The notes under the pieces were generated by a model. It made no database searches and had not been told where the DNA came from. It worked only from the letters and a program-made list of their open reading frames with translations. This document shows, one piece after another, positions 1 to 13,805 of a stretch of DNA of 64,000 nucleotides. Each line of letters begins with the position of its first letter. Position 1 is the first letter of the stretch. This DNA comes from Octopus vulgaris (lineage: Eukaryota), in NCBI GenBank assembly GCA_951406725.2, contig OX597828.1:60698001-60762000 (forward strand), read 5' to 3'. The position numbers and the translations under genes were made by a program.

Positions 1-690
1 AGAAAAGATACTTAGTCAAAGAGAAAGGATTTAGGACAGTGATAGAAGAGTTGAAACAACGTATCAAAGCAGTAGCAGGCAATCTCTCCAGATACCAGAA
101 AAGAGTAGATCAGTATCAACAGAATAGATTACTTGAGACAGACCAGAGGAGATTTTATAACCAAATAAATAGTAGAGAACGAAGTACTGAAGATGAGAAA
201 CGTAATGTAGAAGAAGCTAGAAAGTTCTGGAGTAATATTTGGGATAAGCAAGTCAATCATAATGGAAATGCAATATGGTTAAAGAAAGTAAGGGAAGAAA
301 TAGTGAGTGAGAAGCAGCCAAATCTAAGACTAGCTTGTGCATTAATGAGTAACGTGTTATGAAAAATGCCGAATTGGTAGGGCCCAGGGCCAGATTTAGT
401 TCGAGAGTACTGCCAAAAAAAAAAAAGTAGTTTTCATGGGAGGCTGAGGAAACAACTTCAAGATTACCTTAATGGAGGAATAATACCAGATTGGATGACT
501 AGAGGGAGGACAGTACTCATTAGGAAATATGAGAACAAGGATAATACAGCTAGCAACAATACAGCCCAATCAATTGCCTACCATCAGTGTGGAAGGTGTT
601 AAAAGGAATGCTTTCAGAAAGCATTTACGAGCACCTTGACAACCAGAATTTACTGCCAAAAGAACAGGAAGAAGGCTGGAGGAACGCATG
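1..690 (+). mobile_element. R4/Dong-clade non-LTR retrotransposon fragment (pre-RT and RT N-terminus), degenerate
   Basis: ELKQRIKAVAGNLSRYQKRVDQYQQNRLLETDQRRFY, FWSNIWD, MPNW*GPGPD, IPDWMTRGRTVLI, IYEHLDNQNLLPKEQ match R4/Dong ORF motifs; stops and frameshifts. Confidence 0.8.
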
Positions 691-697
691 ATCAATT

Positions 698-2097
698 AAT
701 GTCGGAAAGGGCAGGTTCGATAGATTTGAAAGGAGATTCAACCTTAAGAATGCGTCCCTACATGGAGAAGCTGCTTCTGCTGACAAACCCGCCGCTGAGG
801 AGTACGTGAACGAGACGTTCATGACCATCGTCGTGGAAGGGGGATATTCACGTGAACAAGTTTTCAATATGAATGAGACAAGCCTCTTTTGAAACGGATG
901 CCATTATAAAGGAGGAGGCCAGAGCTCCTGGATTTAATGCGTTCAAAGATCGCGTAACAATTATAGTGTGTGGAAATGTTGCGGGATTTATGTTAAAGCC
1001 AGGGATTATTTAGTCCAAATACCCAAGGTCCCTCAAAAATAAAAATAAGAACCTGTTGCCTGTTGCATTGGATGCACAACCAGAAAGCATGGGTAACGAA
1101 ATCACTGACATCGGATTGGTTTCACCAGTACTTCATCCCTGAAGGGCTGGAATTCAAAGTGCTGCTCTTAATGGACAATGCTGGAGGTCACGCGCTCGAC
1201 CTGTCGTATGAGAGCGTACAAATCGAATTCTTACCGCCGAACACCACATCGCTGATCCAGCCCATGGATGAAGACCTTATTCGTGCTTTTAAGGCACTCT
1301 ATACACGAAACGCCTTACAACACATGGTCGAGGCTATTGACTCGGATAATAATTTCTCGCTGAAGGAGTACTGGCGTGGTTACACCATTGCAATGTGTCT
1401 CCAAAATATTCAGAAGGCCATAAAGGAGATGAAGAATGAAACTTTGAATGTCAACTGGAAGGAATTGTGGCCAGAAGGGGTCCACGACTATAAAGGATTC
1501 TCTCCTGACGAAATCCACCACTCTGCAGTCGATAAGGCAGTGAAGCTGGTAAAATTGTTTGGAGGAGATGGCTTCACCAATATGTCTACCGAGGACGTTA
1601 ATAACCTGATCGAGACCCACTCAGATCCGTTAACGGATGAAGATCTGACAGAAATGACGAAGTGAGCAAGTGAAGAAGAACAAGAGAAACCAAGGGAAGA
1701 AGAAGAAGCCGCCCTATCACTAGAACGCCTCTCAACTGTAGCATAAATGGCAAAAGAACGTCAGAGAATGGCGGAGGATTGGGATCCCCAGATGATTCGT
1801 GCGTTGCAGTTCAGAAATACAATCGACGGAGCCATGAAAGTTTATAAAAACTTCCTTACACAGAAGAAAAGGCAGCGCCAGCAACTGCCCGTCACTATGT
1901 TCCTCGCCCGCAAAAATAGAGAAGACATGGGTACTCCTAAGAGTGTGAGGAGAGTTTATAAAAGCTTAAATATATCTAAATATTACAATAAATATATGCA
2001 TGTTATAAAAAATAATAAAAAAACATACAGTGCAGTACAGTTTCTACTTCACGGCGGGTTTTGGAACGTAACATCCGCGATAGTCGAGGGATCACTG
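698..2097 (+). mobile_element. Tigger/pogo DNA transposon, 5'-truncated, degenerate DDE_1 transposase
   Basis: LHGEAASADK, GGYSREQVFNMNETSLF*, NQKAWVT, LLLMDNAGGH, FLPPNTTSLIQPMD; right terminus ...CGAGGGATCACTG followed by TA at 2098-2099. Confidence 0.9.
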
Positions 2098-2240
2098 TAT
2101 TGCAAAAATCGGCGTTACTTGAAACTGCACGCATATTGTGTCTGTCTGAGGTCCTTGTTGTGACTTGACAGACAGTACAAACCCCCAGTAGACACAATAT
2201 CTTCAGACAACAACCTCACGATATTGTATAATGTGCAACG

Positions 2241-2241
<1 letters not shown>

Positions 2242-2316
<75 letters not shown>
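2242..2316. repeat. (TAA)n microsatellite
   Basis: Direct reading; explains the poly-Ile ORF. Confidence 0.98.
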
Positions 2317-2490
2317 GTCAATACGAAGAGTGCGATGCGATTGCAATAGATATTTTATTGGTTGAACGATCCATAGAAATTCAAAATTTGAACGAGGGCA
2401 ACCAGCGTTCCCTCGTTGATGGAATTACAACTGGCAAAAAGAAAAAGAAAGAAAAAAGAGAAAAAAAGAAAAGAAAAGGAAAAAGAATAT

Positions 2491-2930
2491 TTAATCAAAC
2501 AGTTTTGTGTAAATATGATGAAATACCCCTGTCATTTTATTCATCCCTTCAGGGCATGATGTTAATAACTCACAAACATATTTCTCCTCATCCATTTTGA
2601 GGACTGAAAGTGTAGCAGATTCAGAATATTTTCTGAGAATTTGCTCTTTGAAGTGTTTTTCAAAATTGCAGCTGTTTGATGTAAAATGTGCTGCAATATT
2701 TGTCGAACTACTGTTATTGTGCCTGACCTCTAATCTGTGTACATTGAATCTTTCGTTTAATTGTTCTGCTGTACAACCAACATAAATCAAGTTGTCTTTG
2801 GTGCATTCTCTTGTGTACACCAAATGGGAAGCTCTACATGTCCCACCTTCCGTGTAAATCATAGCATTTCAGTAATGATGGAATTGACTGATGGAATTGA
2901 CATAACTCATGTTGTTGCACAACGAACAGG
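2491..2930 (-). mobile_element. Penelope-like element GIY-YIG endonuclease fragment
   Basis: TCRASHLVYTRECTKDNLIYVGCTAEQLNERFNVHR...NIAAHF...EEKYVCEL...PEGMN. Confidence 0.75.
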
Positions 2931-3025
2931 GCTGTTTTTCAAGGTACAGCGTGCTGACTTCATTGTTAGTTTTCTTGGTGTCAGAAGTAGAGGTTAATAG
3001 TTATCTTATATTTTTATTCCGTCTA

Positions 3026-3034
3026 AATAACAAC

Positions 3035-3108
<74 letters not shown>

Positions 3109-3150
3109 CAACAACAACAACACCAATAATAATAACAACAGCAACAATAA
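3026..3150. repeat. (AAT)n/(AAC)n microsatellite
   Basis: Direct reading. Confidence 0.95.
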
Positions 3151-3152
3151 TT

Positions 3153-3363
3153 TAAAATTTTGGCACAGGGCCAGCTGTTTCGAGGGAAGGGGATAAGTCA
3201 ATAACATCGACCCCAGTCTTCGACTGGTACTTATTCTATTGATCCTGAAACGAAGAAAGGCAAAATCGACCTCGGCGGAATTCGAACTCAGAAAGTAATG
3301 ACAGACAAAATACCGCTGAGCACTTTGCCTGGCGTGCTAACGATTCTGCCAGCTCGCCGCCTT
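3153..3363 (-). mobile_element. tRNA-derived SINE, family A
   Basis: Minus strand starts AAGGCGGCGAGCTGGCAGAATCGTTAGC (A-box-like) then GAGTTCGAATTCC (B box); many copies in window. Confidence 0.85.
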
Positions 3364-3539
3364 AATAATGATGATGATAAACAGTAAAGATGACACATAG
3401 TCTCTTTGAAAGATATCATCTTGTCCAAATTCTCGTCCACCTGCAGTCAGAACACTCTTCCACTTTCTCACACTGCTTTTAAATAAATAAATTTACTGCT
3501 CCGACCACCTACAGGCATTTCAGAATCCATAAGTGAAGA

Positions 3540-5110
3540 ACCATATCATATGTCTACTTATAGTCAATCCAAGCCATTGATAGGCTTGTCACCATTCTCC
3601 GACAATTCCTCAGGATTGCCGTATCTATTAGCAACTGATCTTTTGTTCTTCCTGTAGCCTTTCCGTTCATCTGCTACCAGTTCATTTTTTACGAGATGAT
3701 CGTACAATACCTTTCCTATTGTTCCAGTTAGATGCTTCAACATCATAAGTAAGCAAGCAATTGGACGATAGTTACTATCCACGGCACCCTTGGCTGGGTC
3801 CTTCTGAATTAACATAGTTCTTCCTTTGACCCATCCATTTTGGTACAATTCCTTGGTGTACACAAATTCATCAAAACCTTCAACCAAAACCCTGATCTAG
3901 GTCCGGCTCAGTTGCTTTCTAATTTCTCATCTTACCTACTCGGCTTGAATATCTTCTAACGTGATGATAATGTCCTCCTGCATCACCATATCTTTGAATT
4001 CTTCCACTTCACGGAGCCAGGCTGCTCTGTTGTTGTGTGTGACATTCTCTGCCAGATGTTGCTCCAAAACAAAGCCTTCTCTGCTTCTTCCTCATCTCTT
4101 CCATCCAGTGTCTCGTACAACAGTTGATTTGCCTTAAACAGTTGATTTTGTTTGAATTGTAAGCATCTTTTCTCGTATTTCTTTCCATTTTAACTCCATT
4201 CGCTTTGATCTTTTGTTTTAATATAACCGATATGAATAGAATGCCCTTTCCCATCAGGTGATATTTCTTATAAATGTAGTTTTGTTCGGTTTCATTGAGC
4301 CTCATATTACCATTGTTTATTTCCTCGATGTTATTTAAATATTTCCAGCATATATCGATGCCTTTTTTTTCATTCTCCTTTAACAGAATGGTTCTTTGCT
4401 TCTCTAAACATCCCCATCTTTTTTTTTCTTTCTCTAAACATCCCCATCTTTTTTTTTCTTTCTCTAAACATCCTCATCTTTTTTTTTTCTTTCTCTAAAC
4501 ATCCCCATCTTTTCTGTGATGACATAAGCAGTAGCATACATCAAAGAATTTAACTCAGTGGTATCCATAACTGAAATTCTCATGACAACTTCATTTGCTT
4601 TCCCGATTTCTGATTTTATCTTTACCCTCTCACATGACTTCAATGATGATAACCTTTTCCTTTCTTCAAGTAACTTTAATTCCAGAATTCTGTCGCGGAA
4701 AGTTGCTAGTTCTGGACTATTTTCTTCTGGTGACTCTCTCGTTTGAATTGCACTAATTTCTATATAACTGCAGATTCCGTCTTCCATGTCACAAATTTGT
4801 AGATTCTCTTGTTCTATGTATATTTCTTCTGAACTAGTAATCACATGCGGTTCCTTTCTCACTTCCATTATAATCTTCTCTTGTTACATCTTCTCTAACT
4901 ACATTTTGGTCTTATTTTGTCTAATCTGATCGGCCAATCTTTGTTCACTCGTATCCTTCAGCTCTTCATATGGATATTTTTTCCAGAGCTCTAATACCTT
5001 TTTTCTATAATCTCTTTTCTCTCGCTCACTTCTAATATAACATTCAAACAATAATCTGTTGCTCCCCTTTGTTTATTTCAATCTCCTTCGCCGTTGTGGG
5101 TCAGCAGTAG
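3540..5110 (-). mobile_element. R4/Dong-clade LINE, N-terminal half, degenerate
   Basis: NRLLFECYIRS, SEQRLADQIR, TELNSLMYATAYVI, WVKGRTMLIQKDPAKGAVDSNYRPIACL. Confidence 0.8.
4401..4513. repeat. 30-bp tandem repeat, about 3.7 copies, inside the R4/Dong element
   Basis: TCTCTAAACATCCCCATCT(T)nCTT starting at 4401, 4431, 4461, 4492. Confidence 0.9.
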
Positions 5111-5597
5111 CTCGATCGGACCTGTGCTGCTGGTCAACAGAACACCTACCAGACGCAGCACCTTCCATGAAACATCATCCATTCAGCTTCGTTGACGCCG
5201 TTTGTATTACTTTTCCTTATTGGCATTTCGGTCATAATTGAGGCATGTTTTGAAGTTACCATCAAACAGTAATTATATCGTGTTATCATCACTTGACAGA
5301 TTGTCACCCAAAACATCTAGTACTTCGTCTCGCAGCGAATAAAGACTCATATATTTGGATGACTGTTGAATTTAGTGAGATCATCCACCTTTTAACAAGT
5401 TTTGTTTTTCGTCCTACAAGGGTGTTCAACATAATCCACCCTCCTTACCTGGCTAGCACTTGGTACGGTTGCCCGGTTTAGTCGCCAACAGGCCGACCAT
5501 GTATCAGGTTGTGTTGCATTACATGTTACTAATAACACTAAAAGTGACCTCGCATTATTTCAGTTATTATTACCAGTAAGGTAGTTGTAATAATAAC

Positions 5598-5790
5598 CAG
5601 CTAGCAGCTTCGTTACAGCGCCGGACGAAAAGCTTAGCGGTGTTTCTTTCGTCTTTGCGTTCTGAGTTCAAATTCCACCGAGGCATATCATCCTTTCGGA
5701 GTTGATAAAACACAAGTTGAGCACTGGGGTAATCGTCTTAAACCCTCCCCGCCCCCAAACGGTTGGCCTTGTGCCAAAATTTGAAACCAT
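5598..5790 (+). mobile_element. SINE family A, diverged
   Basis: GTTCTGAGTTCAAATTCC, CATCCTTTCGG core, GGCCTTGTGCCAAAATTTGAAACC tail. Confidence 0.75.
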
Positions 5791-6178
5791 TATTACAACT
5801 GCCAGTACTGTCACTACCACTAACAGTATTACATTATTAATAGTATTCTTATTATCATCACGATTATTATTTCTATTACTTTCATTGTTATTATGATCAT
5901 CTTCACTACCAACCATTATAATTAACAAAATAGGAGGTAGTGCGATGAACTTGGGATTTCAAGATTTACTGTAACAAGATTACCGGCTCAAAGACTTTCG
6001 ATATAGGTGATGGAGCGGGATTGGGTCAGTAAGCAGGTTTCTAACATTGAAGAGACAATTTTGTTAATCGTATTAGCAAATGAAACATGTGTAATAGTGA
6101 ATAAATAATATCAAATATTTTTCCAATCTCCTGTTTTGATGCCTACATGTATATGTACATGTGTGTGTGTGTATGTAC

Positions 6179-6250
<72 letters not shown>

Positions 6251-6417
6251 GTTACATATTTAAATAATATAAATTAATTTATGTATTGGCTTAAGTCTTT
6301 TATTGTTTGATTTGCCTAATAGTGGTTTTGTCTCTAATTTAATATAATATAATATTTTACTATAAAATTGGATTCAATCCTAAATCTGATTTTTCCCTGT
6401 AAGTTTGGATTTATTCC

Positions 6418-6463
<46 letters not shown>

Positions 6464-6536
6464 CAACAATTTCTAATGCTATTTCTAATGAGTTCAGTAT
6501 GTGGCAAAGTAATTTATTTTACTAAGCCCTTTTATA

Positions 6537-6589
<53 letters not shown>

Positions 6590-6591
<2 letters not shown>

Positions 6592-6981
6592 TTTACTCTT
6601 TTACTTGTTTAAGTCATTTGACTGTGGCCATACTGGAGCACCGCCTTTTGTTGAGCAAATCGACCCCAGTATTTATTTTCTGTAAGCCTAGTACTTATTC
6701 TATTGGTCTCTTTTGCCGATCCGCTAAGTTACGGGGACGTAAACACACCACCATCGGTTGTCAAGCGATGTTGGTGGGACAAACAGAGAACACACACACA
6801 CATATGCATACATATATACGACGGGCCTCTTTCAGTTTCCGTCTACCAAATCCACTCACAAGGCTTTGGTCGCCCCGAGGCTATATTAGAAGACACTTTA
6901 CCAAGGTGCCACGCAGTGGGACTGAACCCGGAACCATGTGGCTGGTAAGTAAGCTACTTACCACACAGCCACTCCTACGCC
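6590..6981 (-). mobile_element. tRNA-derived SINE, family B (CORE-like), near full length
   Basis: Minus strand GGCGTAGGAGTGGCTGTGTGGTAAG...GGGTTCAGTCCC (B box)...CCTTGGTAAAGTGTCTT...GACGGAAACTGAAAG, internal microsatellite. Confidence 0.85.
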
Positions 6982-7019
6982 ATATATATATATATATATA
7001 TATGTGTATATATACACAT

Positions 7020-7108
<89 letters not shown>

Positions 7109-7118
7109 ATTACAGTGT

Positions 7119-7258
7119 TGGAAGTGCATATTAGCCATTCAAAACACGCAAAATACTAACTTCACTTGAACATTTATTATTTGCTGACACCAAGTAATAA
7201 ATATGTAAGCGAAGTTAACAGTTTTTGTGTGTTTTGAATGGCTAACATGTTACTTCCA
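7119..7258. repeat. ~140-bp imperfect foldback (MITE-like)
   Basis: GGAAGTGCATATTAGCCATTCAAAACAC... is the inverted complement of ...GTGTTTTGAATGGCTAACATGTTACTTCC; ~7-nt spacer. Confidence 0.75.
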
Positions 7259-7472
7259 CTCGGTTAATATTTTAGTTTCAACACATTGTTTTAGATCAAA
7301 TCACTTGCCAGACAAGTACATCTCCGAAATATAATTTTATTGAAATCTATATCTCCATAGATCACTAAAGCCTGATTTGCGTTATCACTTACATTAGGCG
7401 AAGAAAGGAAATGTTGCACTGACTCATATTAATAATGTATCACGAAAAATTAAAGAATAAATAAATACATAA

Positions 7473-7538
7473 TTCATTAGTTCTCATACATTTCCTGTTT
7501 ACATATGGGTAAACAGGAAATGTATGAGAGCTAATGAA
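7473..7538. repeat. Near-perfect 30-bp hairpin with 6-nt loop
   Basis: TTCATTAGTTCTCATACATTTCCTGTTTAC / ATATGG / GTAAACAGGAAATGTATGAGAGCTAATGAA, one G-T wobble. Confidence 0.9.
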
Positions 7539-9201
7539 GCCAAAGATCGATAAACAAACAAATAATCATCTAAATGATAATTACAAGCATAGTGTGAGTT
7601 TTGATGGCTGTTGTAAATTGCACACCTTGTGCTTTCAAACAATGTTAAAGTTATTATTTATAAACTTGGCAAACAGGAAGAGTCTTAGTGATAATGGTTA
7701 TTGCCATGCTCTGGCTGGTAATACACTGGCTGCATTATCCAACGAGCCATATATTAAAAGCATATACAATCAAATGGAGAGAATTGTAGTGTTTGGTTGG
7801 ACTTCTAAGTGGTACTGTATTGGGGTTGGACTTCTAAGTGGTACAGGGATGACATTTACTTACACCTAGAAACATACTCAATTATGAAACGCACACGCGC
7901 ACAAACATACACACGTTCGCACATACACACGCAAACGCACACAGACACACATACACGTACATACATATAGATATTTAAACACAACCTGTACAAACACACA
8001 CATACACCGTACACACATGTTGTGAGTGAGTGAGAGTGCTTATCCGTCTATACTCTTGCGTGAGCCTGTCTATACGCTCATATACGCATACTCAGACATA
8101 CCTGCGCATCCACGTTCGCATATAATCATCATTTACGGAGGACTATGCATATATAAAATGTAAGCGAATCCACCGTCGTTTTCGACGGTAAGTATTCGAA
8201 CCCTTCGATTAACTGACTTGCTTAATTAATATCTTAGTGACTGACTGTTCCACAGACACTTGTATCTTTAACATAATCCTTAAAAACGATTGCTATGATT
8301 AAATGCGTAATATAGGTGACTCTTTGGATTTAAAGTACAATCCATGCGACAGATTTCAACACGGTTTCCGTTTGCTTCATTCGCTCACAAGAGTCCAGTG
8401 TCATTGCGTGGCATTTTGGGCAAATGCCTTTTACTTTAACCTCGGAGCGACCAAAGCCTTGTGAGTGAATTTGGTTGACGGATACACGGATACTGAGAGA
8501 AGATCATCATACATACATACATGCATGCATGCATAAATACATACATACGTCTCAAAGCGTTAAGTCGCATTTTTGGTATCGAGAATACGATGAATTCTAT
8601 CTCCAGCTTTGATGTCACAACTACCAGCCCTGTTAAATAGCTGATTAATATTCTGATGAATTGACTGGTCCTAGTGGTTTTCGACTGAAACTTAACTTTG
8701 CTATGCAGAGAGCTTCTACAAATAACATATCTTAACACGGCAACATCAACAACACAGATGAAGAACAGAAGGAAAACAACGTCACAAAACGTATACTTAC
8801 TCTTTTTACCAGTAGTTATAGAAGAAACTGTAACTATAAAACACATTTTTCTTGAAATTATGAACTCGATAAAGATTTGTTTTCTTTTTCTTAAAAAAGT
8901 GCAAAACATATTAGATTGAAAGCACACTGAGAGGATCTTCATCCACAGTCAAATTATTTTACGGTCAAACAATCACGCCAATAAGCAACATTTATTGAAA
9001 ATAAAAAGAAAGTTTATGAATGTAACTTTATTCAAAACAAAGGTGAAATTAATTTTCTTCGAAATATCAATAGTATGAATAAAAGTACGAACAATGTTAA
9101 AAGACCACATGATTTCAAAGTTAACGATGTTCCAACTGATGCCATGAGGCCTATAAACCAGACTACAGGTGACAATTCATTAATATGAGTAGTAGCTATA
9201 G

Positions 9202-9262
<61 letters not shown>

Positions 9263-9399
9263 TGTGTGTGTGTATGCATGCTAAGGCAACTGACCACTGT
9301 GATAGATAGCAAGCACAATCTTCATGATCATTGTAGTGGTGGTCTGAAATATACCCTTAAAACGTTTCAAGAAAAAATATTTTTGGCTTTGAATTACTC

Positions 9400-10403
9400 T
9401 CCCGAACAGAGAAGTGTTCTCTACCAAAGTAAATAAAAGACCAACAGAGACGGTATTAAGAGCTAATAATGAAAACGAAGAGGAGTGTTTACAGCAACGT
9501 AAATACCAAGATTAATACCTGTTTGTATGACCTGTCTACAACTGAAAAGCAATACATGAACAACTTTAAAAACGTAAACAAAACCAAAACGACGAAAAAT
9601 AAATGCCAGCGAGAGTTTTGAAGACAGAGAAAAAGATATCTGATTTACAGAAGACTATCATCTATATGATGATGTTTGTTACCTGCAAACAATTCTCACT
9701 AATTCTCACCAACAAAAAGTGAAGAAGGAGATACAAGTGATGTTTGGAGATTGCAAAAACAGAACACTCCATTGTAAACTGATCACCCTCAAACAGCAGC
9801 TGTCACTCAGAAAATCCGATATCGGAGGAGAGTAACAAAAATAAAAAATAATAAAATAAAAATCTTAACTGCAACCAAATAGCAGTGTACACAGACATGA
9901 AAAGAGAAGCGGTAAATATCACAGAAACATCTTCGCTAGAAGAGATAAACTCTTTCTGGAGAATACTCTGGAGCAAAGAGGAGGAATTTAACTGAGATGC
10001 TCTGTGGCTGGAAAAAAATTCTAAGTAATTATTGTCCCTGCATTTTGCTCAAGACATTGATGGTGATACACTTGTAACTGCAATTCAAAAAACTTTAGGA
10101 TGAAAAAGCACCAGCAAGAGACTTGATTGTTGGGTACAAGAAGTTTATCAACTTCTACTTCTTATCAACCTGTACCAACCAGCTCTCACTCGAATGGTAT
10201 TCCTTCAACAACATTTTGATAGTAATAACGTCATCATAATAGAACCAGCAGCTGAGAAGAAGGGTATATTTGGGGATGAGCTGAACAATTGTTGATAAAC
10301 AAAGCTATAATGTCAGAAGTGAGGCAGCATAGGATGAACCTGGCTTCAATGTATCCCGACAACAAGAAAGCCTTTGAAACTGTCCTTCACTCGTTGATGC
10401 TAC
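9400..10403 (+). mobile_element. Old R4/Dong-like LINE relic
   Basis: INSFWRILWSKEEEFN*DALWL, KAPARDLIVG, EQLLINKAIMSEVRQHRMNLASMYPDNKKAFETVLHSLML (cf. DYKKAYDSVPHSW); left boundary uncertain. Confidence 0.6.
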
Positions 10404-10417
10404 ATATGTGTGTGTGT

Positions 10418-10477
<60 letters not shown>

Positions 10478-10563
10478 GTGTATGTAAATATGATATTTTT
10501 TTTTATAATTATAAAATGTAAATTATAATGATTGTGAAAATCAACTTGAAAATATTCTGTACG

Positions 10564-10638
<75 letters not shown>

Positions 10639-11660
10639 TAGTGAAATTGAAGTTTTGCCGATCGTTAGGACCGTTAGCTCACATCAAGCTCTCTTCTTTG
10701 TATTATTTATATAGCGATGTCTTTCTAGACATAAATGGGTTTAGTATGACATTTTTACTATTGAAAAAATTGCTGAAGAAAAAAAAACATCTGGTGTACG
10801 CACTTGAAGCAGCATTAAAGTAAAACGATCACCTATGTATCGTAATGTATATACACCATTGAGAAGCAAGATACTGTGGAGGAAGATGAAAAATTGTCCC
10901 GGAAGCATTTAGCAAGGATGTCAGATCCATTTCGGCCTAGTAATAAAGTGTACTCGCAATCATATGCCAAGGCGAAATTAGCCGCCTCCGATGTATACAA
11001 AACAGTGAATAGCATATTTTTATTTATTTGTTATTTAAAATTTTTAAAAAAATTTTTATATATATATATTTTTAAATTTCTGTATGTAAGCATTTAAATA
11101 TGTAAATAAACAGATCAATATACAGACGGATAGGTATATAGACTATATGAACAGACGCATATGGAGACACGGATCCACACATATAAAGATACACATCCAT
11201 ACATACAAACATGGTACATAGTTACATAACACACACACACAAGGAGACAGAGGTGCATACATATACAAACACATGCTCAAACATACATACATAGAAAATA
11301 CACAAACACGGACAGGCAAGCACATAAATATGCAGGATACGTACATACAGATGCACACACATACATATGCATACACATACATATATACATACATACATAC
11401 ACATGCAAACACACACACACATACATACGTACATGCATGCATGTATAGGTACACACACACACACACTGCCCCCCACACATGCGCACAAACAAACAAAAGG
11501 GAACGCAGTGTAAATAACGGACAGAGTGAAAACTATTGAAAAGGTTGCAAGACGCAACGAAAATTTTAGAAAATAAAAATAAGAAATAAGTGGAAATTTT
11601 ACCGGAGAGTGTGTTAAATAATAAGGCACTAAAAGAGAATGACTCTCCCCAGATACAACA

Positions 11661-11718
<58 letters not shown>

Positions 11719-12161
11719 AATGCTGGATAAATAAAAGAGATACAAAGGCATGTTTGAAAAAATGTTTAAAATGCATACTGAAATAGCAATGTTTTTGGGA
11801 GTAAGATGCCCGTAGAAGTTTATGGTCATGCTACAACTTTGTAAACGGCATTAAAAAGACAGGCATGTGTGGTTTTAGCTATAAACTCCGGAACAAAACT
11901 ATGATGTACGAAAGCAGCTGAAATATCAAGAATACATATACGCAGAATTCTCTAGTTTCCCAGATGGTTTCTACTACTAAAATCAACATTAGCACAGAAG
12001 TTATAAGATACATAAATTAGTTATGATTTTGGTAGTTTTACGGAAAATACTTCTTGTATAAATGGATGAGCGACAACATTGTAAAAGTAAAATTAATACT
12101 TAAAGGGATAATAGACAAAGTAATGTGGCCCTAAAACACACTCGAAAAAATCAAGGAGCAT

Positions 12162-12236
<75 letters not shown>

Positions 12237-12643
12237 AACGCATATATATGAGAATGAGACCAGTTTTCTGCCCACCCATGATGTATGCAATATTAATTCT
12301 AGCTATTGAATTTCAGTCACAATTAAACGATTGATTATTGCCAAGGCCTTCCATAAAAAGGTGCGTATTCGCATTAATCCAAAGAAGATAAGTTTTATTT
12401 GCCAAGCTTTGTATTAATGGCAATCATCATAGGAGAGAGTATTCATGACGGAAAGATTAGTCCCATAATGTCGGCGTGATAGACTTCAGCGCCATACACA
12501 TTTTGTACGTTATATATTCTTACACACATACGCACAAACACACACACTCACACACACACACTCACACACACGCACGTACACACACTCACATACACACACA
12601 AGCACATACACACATATATGTGTGTATATATACGTATATACGG

Positions 12644-12675
<32 letters not shown>

Positions 12676-12687
12676 AATATACGAATA

Positions 12688-12720
<33 letters not shown>

Positions 12721-12721
<1 letters not shown>

Positions 12722-13230
12722 CAGTATCGCCCGGCGTTGCTCGGGTTTGTAAGGGAAATAACTATATAAGCATTTTTAGAGAGTTACTTCCCTTATAGAT
12801 GCCAATTTGGGCTTTCTTAGCCATTTCTGTTTTGGTGTCTTCAAGCCATGAAGTCGTTGTTCTAAAAGAACGCTGGTCTCCTTGACAACGCTTTACGACG
12901 TTAATTTCCTTACACTCCCTTCCCCACAGCTTCACGAGGGAGGGAAGAAGGGGGAGAAGCAAACAGGTGCAGGTGTGACCATGGACGCCAACTCCGCCGC
13001 CATCGACACTCGAAAAATTATGCATTAAAATGGAATAAAAAATGATGTTAAATTATTTTTAAAATCGTAGACTCATCGTAGACGCGCGCTAATACTCAGA
13101 CGGGCTCGATATGAATCACGACTATAAGATACCCGAATTTGGTTAAACTGCACCGCAAAATGTGGGAGTAGTTAGGAATCTAAATCGAAGGGGACAGACA
13201 CTCACACAACTACAGTTTTATATATATAGA
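12721..13230 (-). mobile_element. Non-autonomous Helitron-like element
   Basis: Minus strand starts TCTATATATATAAAAC and ends with GC hairpin CCCGAGCAACGCCGGG (terminal CTAG eroded); sits in (TA)n. Confidence 0.7.
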
Positions 13231-13315
13231 TATATATTCAAAATGTGACCGCGTGTGTACCGTTGGCAATTTTTTTCCCTCTGTCATCCCTTCTCTGGAT
13301 CTTTCCTTCTCCTAT

Positions 13316-13350
13316 GTTTCCGACGAAGAGCTCCACTCGAAACGTTAAAC
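13316..13350 (+). ncRNA. Minimal type I hammerhead-like motif, CCGACGA core variant
   Basis: GTTT-CCGACGA-A-GAG ctcca CTC-GAA-ACGT-T-AAAC; palindromic stem III. Confidence 0.6.
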
Positions 13351-13450
13351 CCTCCTTCTTTCCTTCTTTCCTGAGCGTCCAATAATACTATATTTGTTCC
13401 GCGTCCTCTCGTTGTTGTGTTTTTTTTTGTGCTTTCTTGTTTGGATTAAC

Positions 13451-13501
<51 letters not shown>

Positions 13502-13582
13502 ATACATATACACACATACATGCGTGCGTATGTGTATATATATATGTATATATATATATATATATAAATGTATACATATATA

Positions 13583-13805
13583 TCTTTATATATAAAACTA
13601 AAGGTGTGTGTGTGTGTGTGTGTGTGCCTGTCTACTCCGAGATTTAGATTCCTAACTACTCCCACATTTTGCGGTGCAGTTTAACCAAAAGCGGGTATCT
13701 TATAGTCGTGATTCATATCGAGCCCTTCTGGGTATTAGCGCGCGTCTACGATGAGTCTACGATTTTAAAAAAACATTTACCATCATTTTCCGCATTTTTA
13801 TGCAT
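13583..13805 (+). mobile_element. 5' fragment of the same Helitron-like family, inverted relative to 13020-13230
   Basis: TCTTTATATATAAAAC start; GATTTAGATTCCTAACTACTCCCACATTTTGCGGTGCAG... is the reverse complement of 13020-13186. Confidence 0.75.

Noticed and set aside
3290-3363. tRNA genes at SINE heads
   Set aside because: A and B boxes present but no complete cloverleaf; continuous with the SINE body
5440-5520. HDV-like ribozyme upstream of the R4/Dong element
   Set aside because: GGGCAAC present but no nested double pseudoknot could be built
8653-8700. CTGATGA...GAAAC hammerhead candidate
   Set aside because: Stems I and III do not pair convincingly
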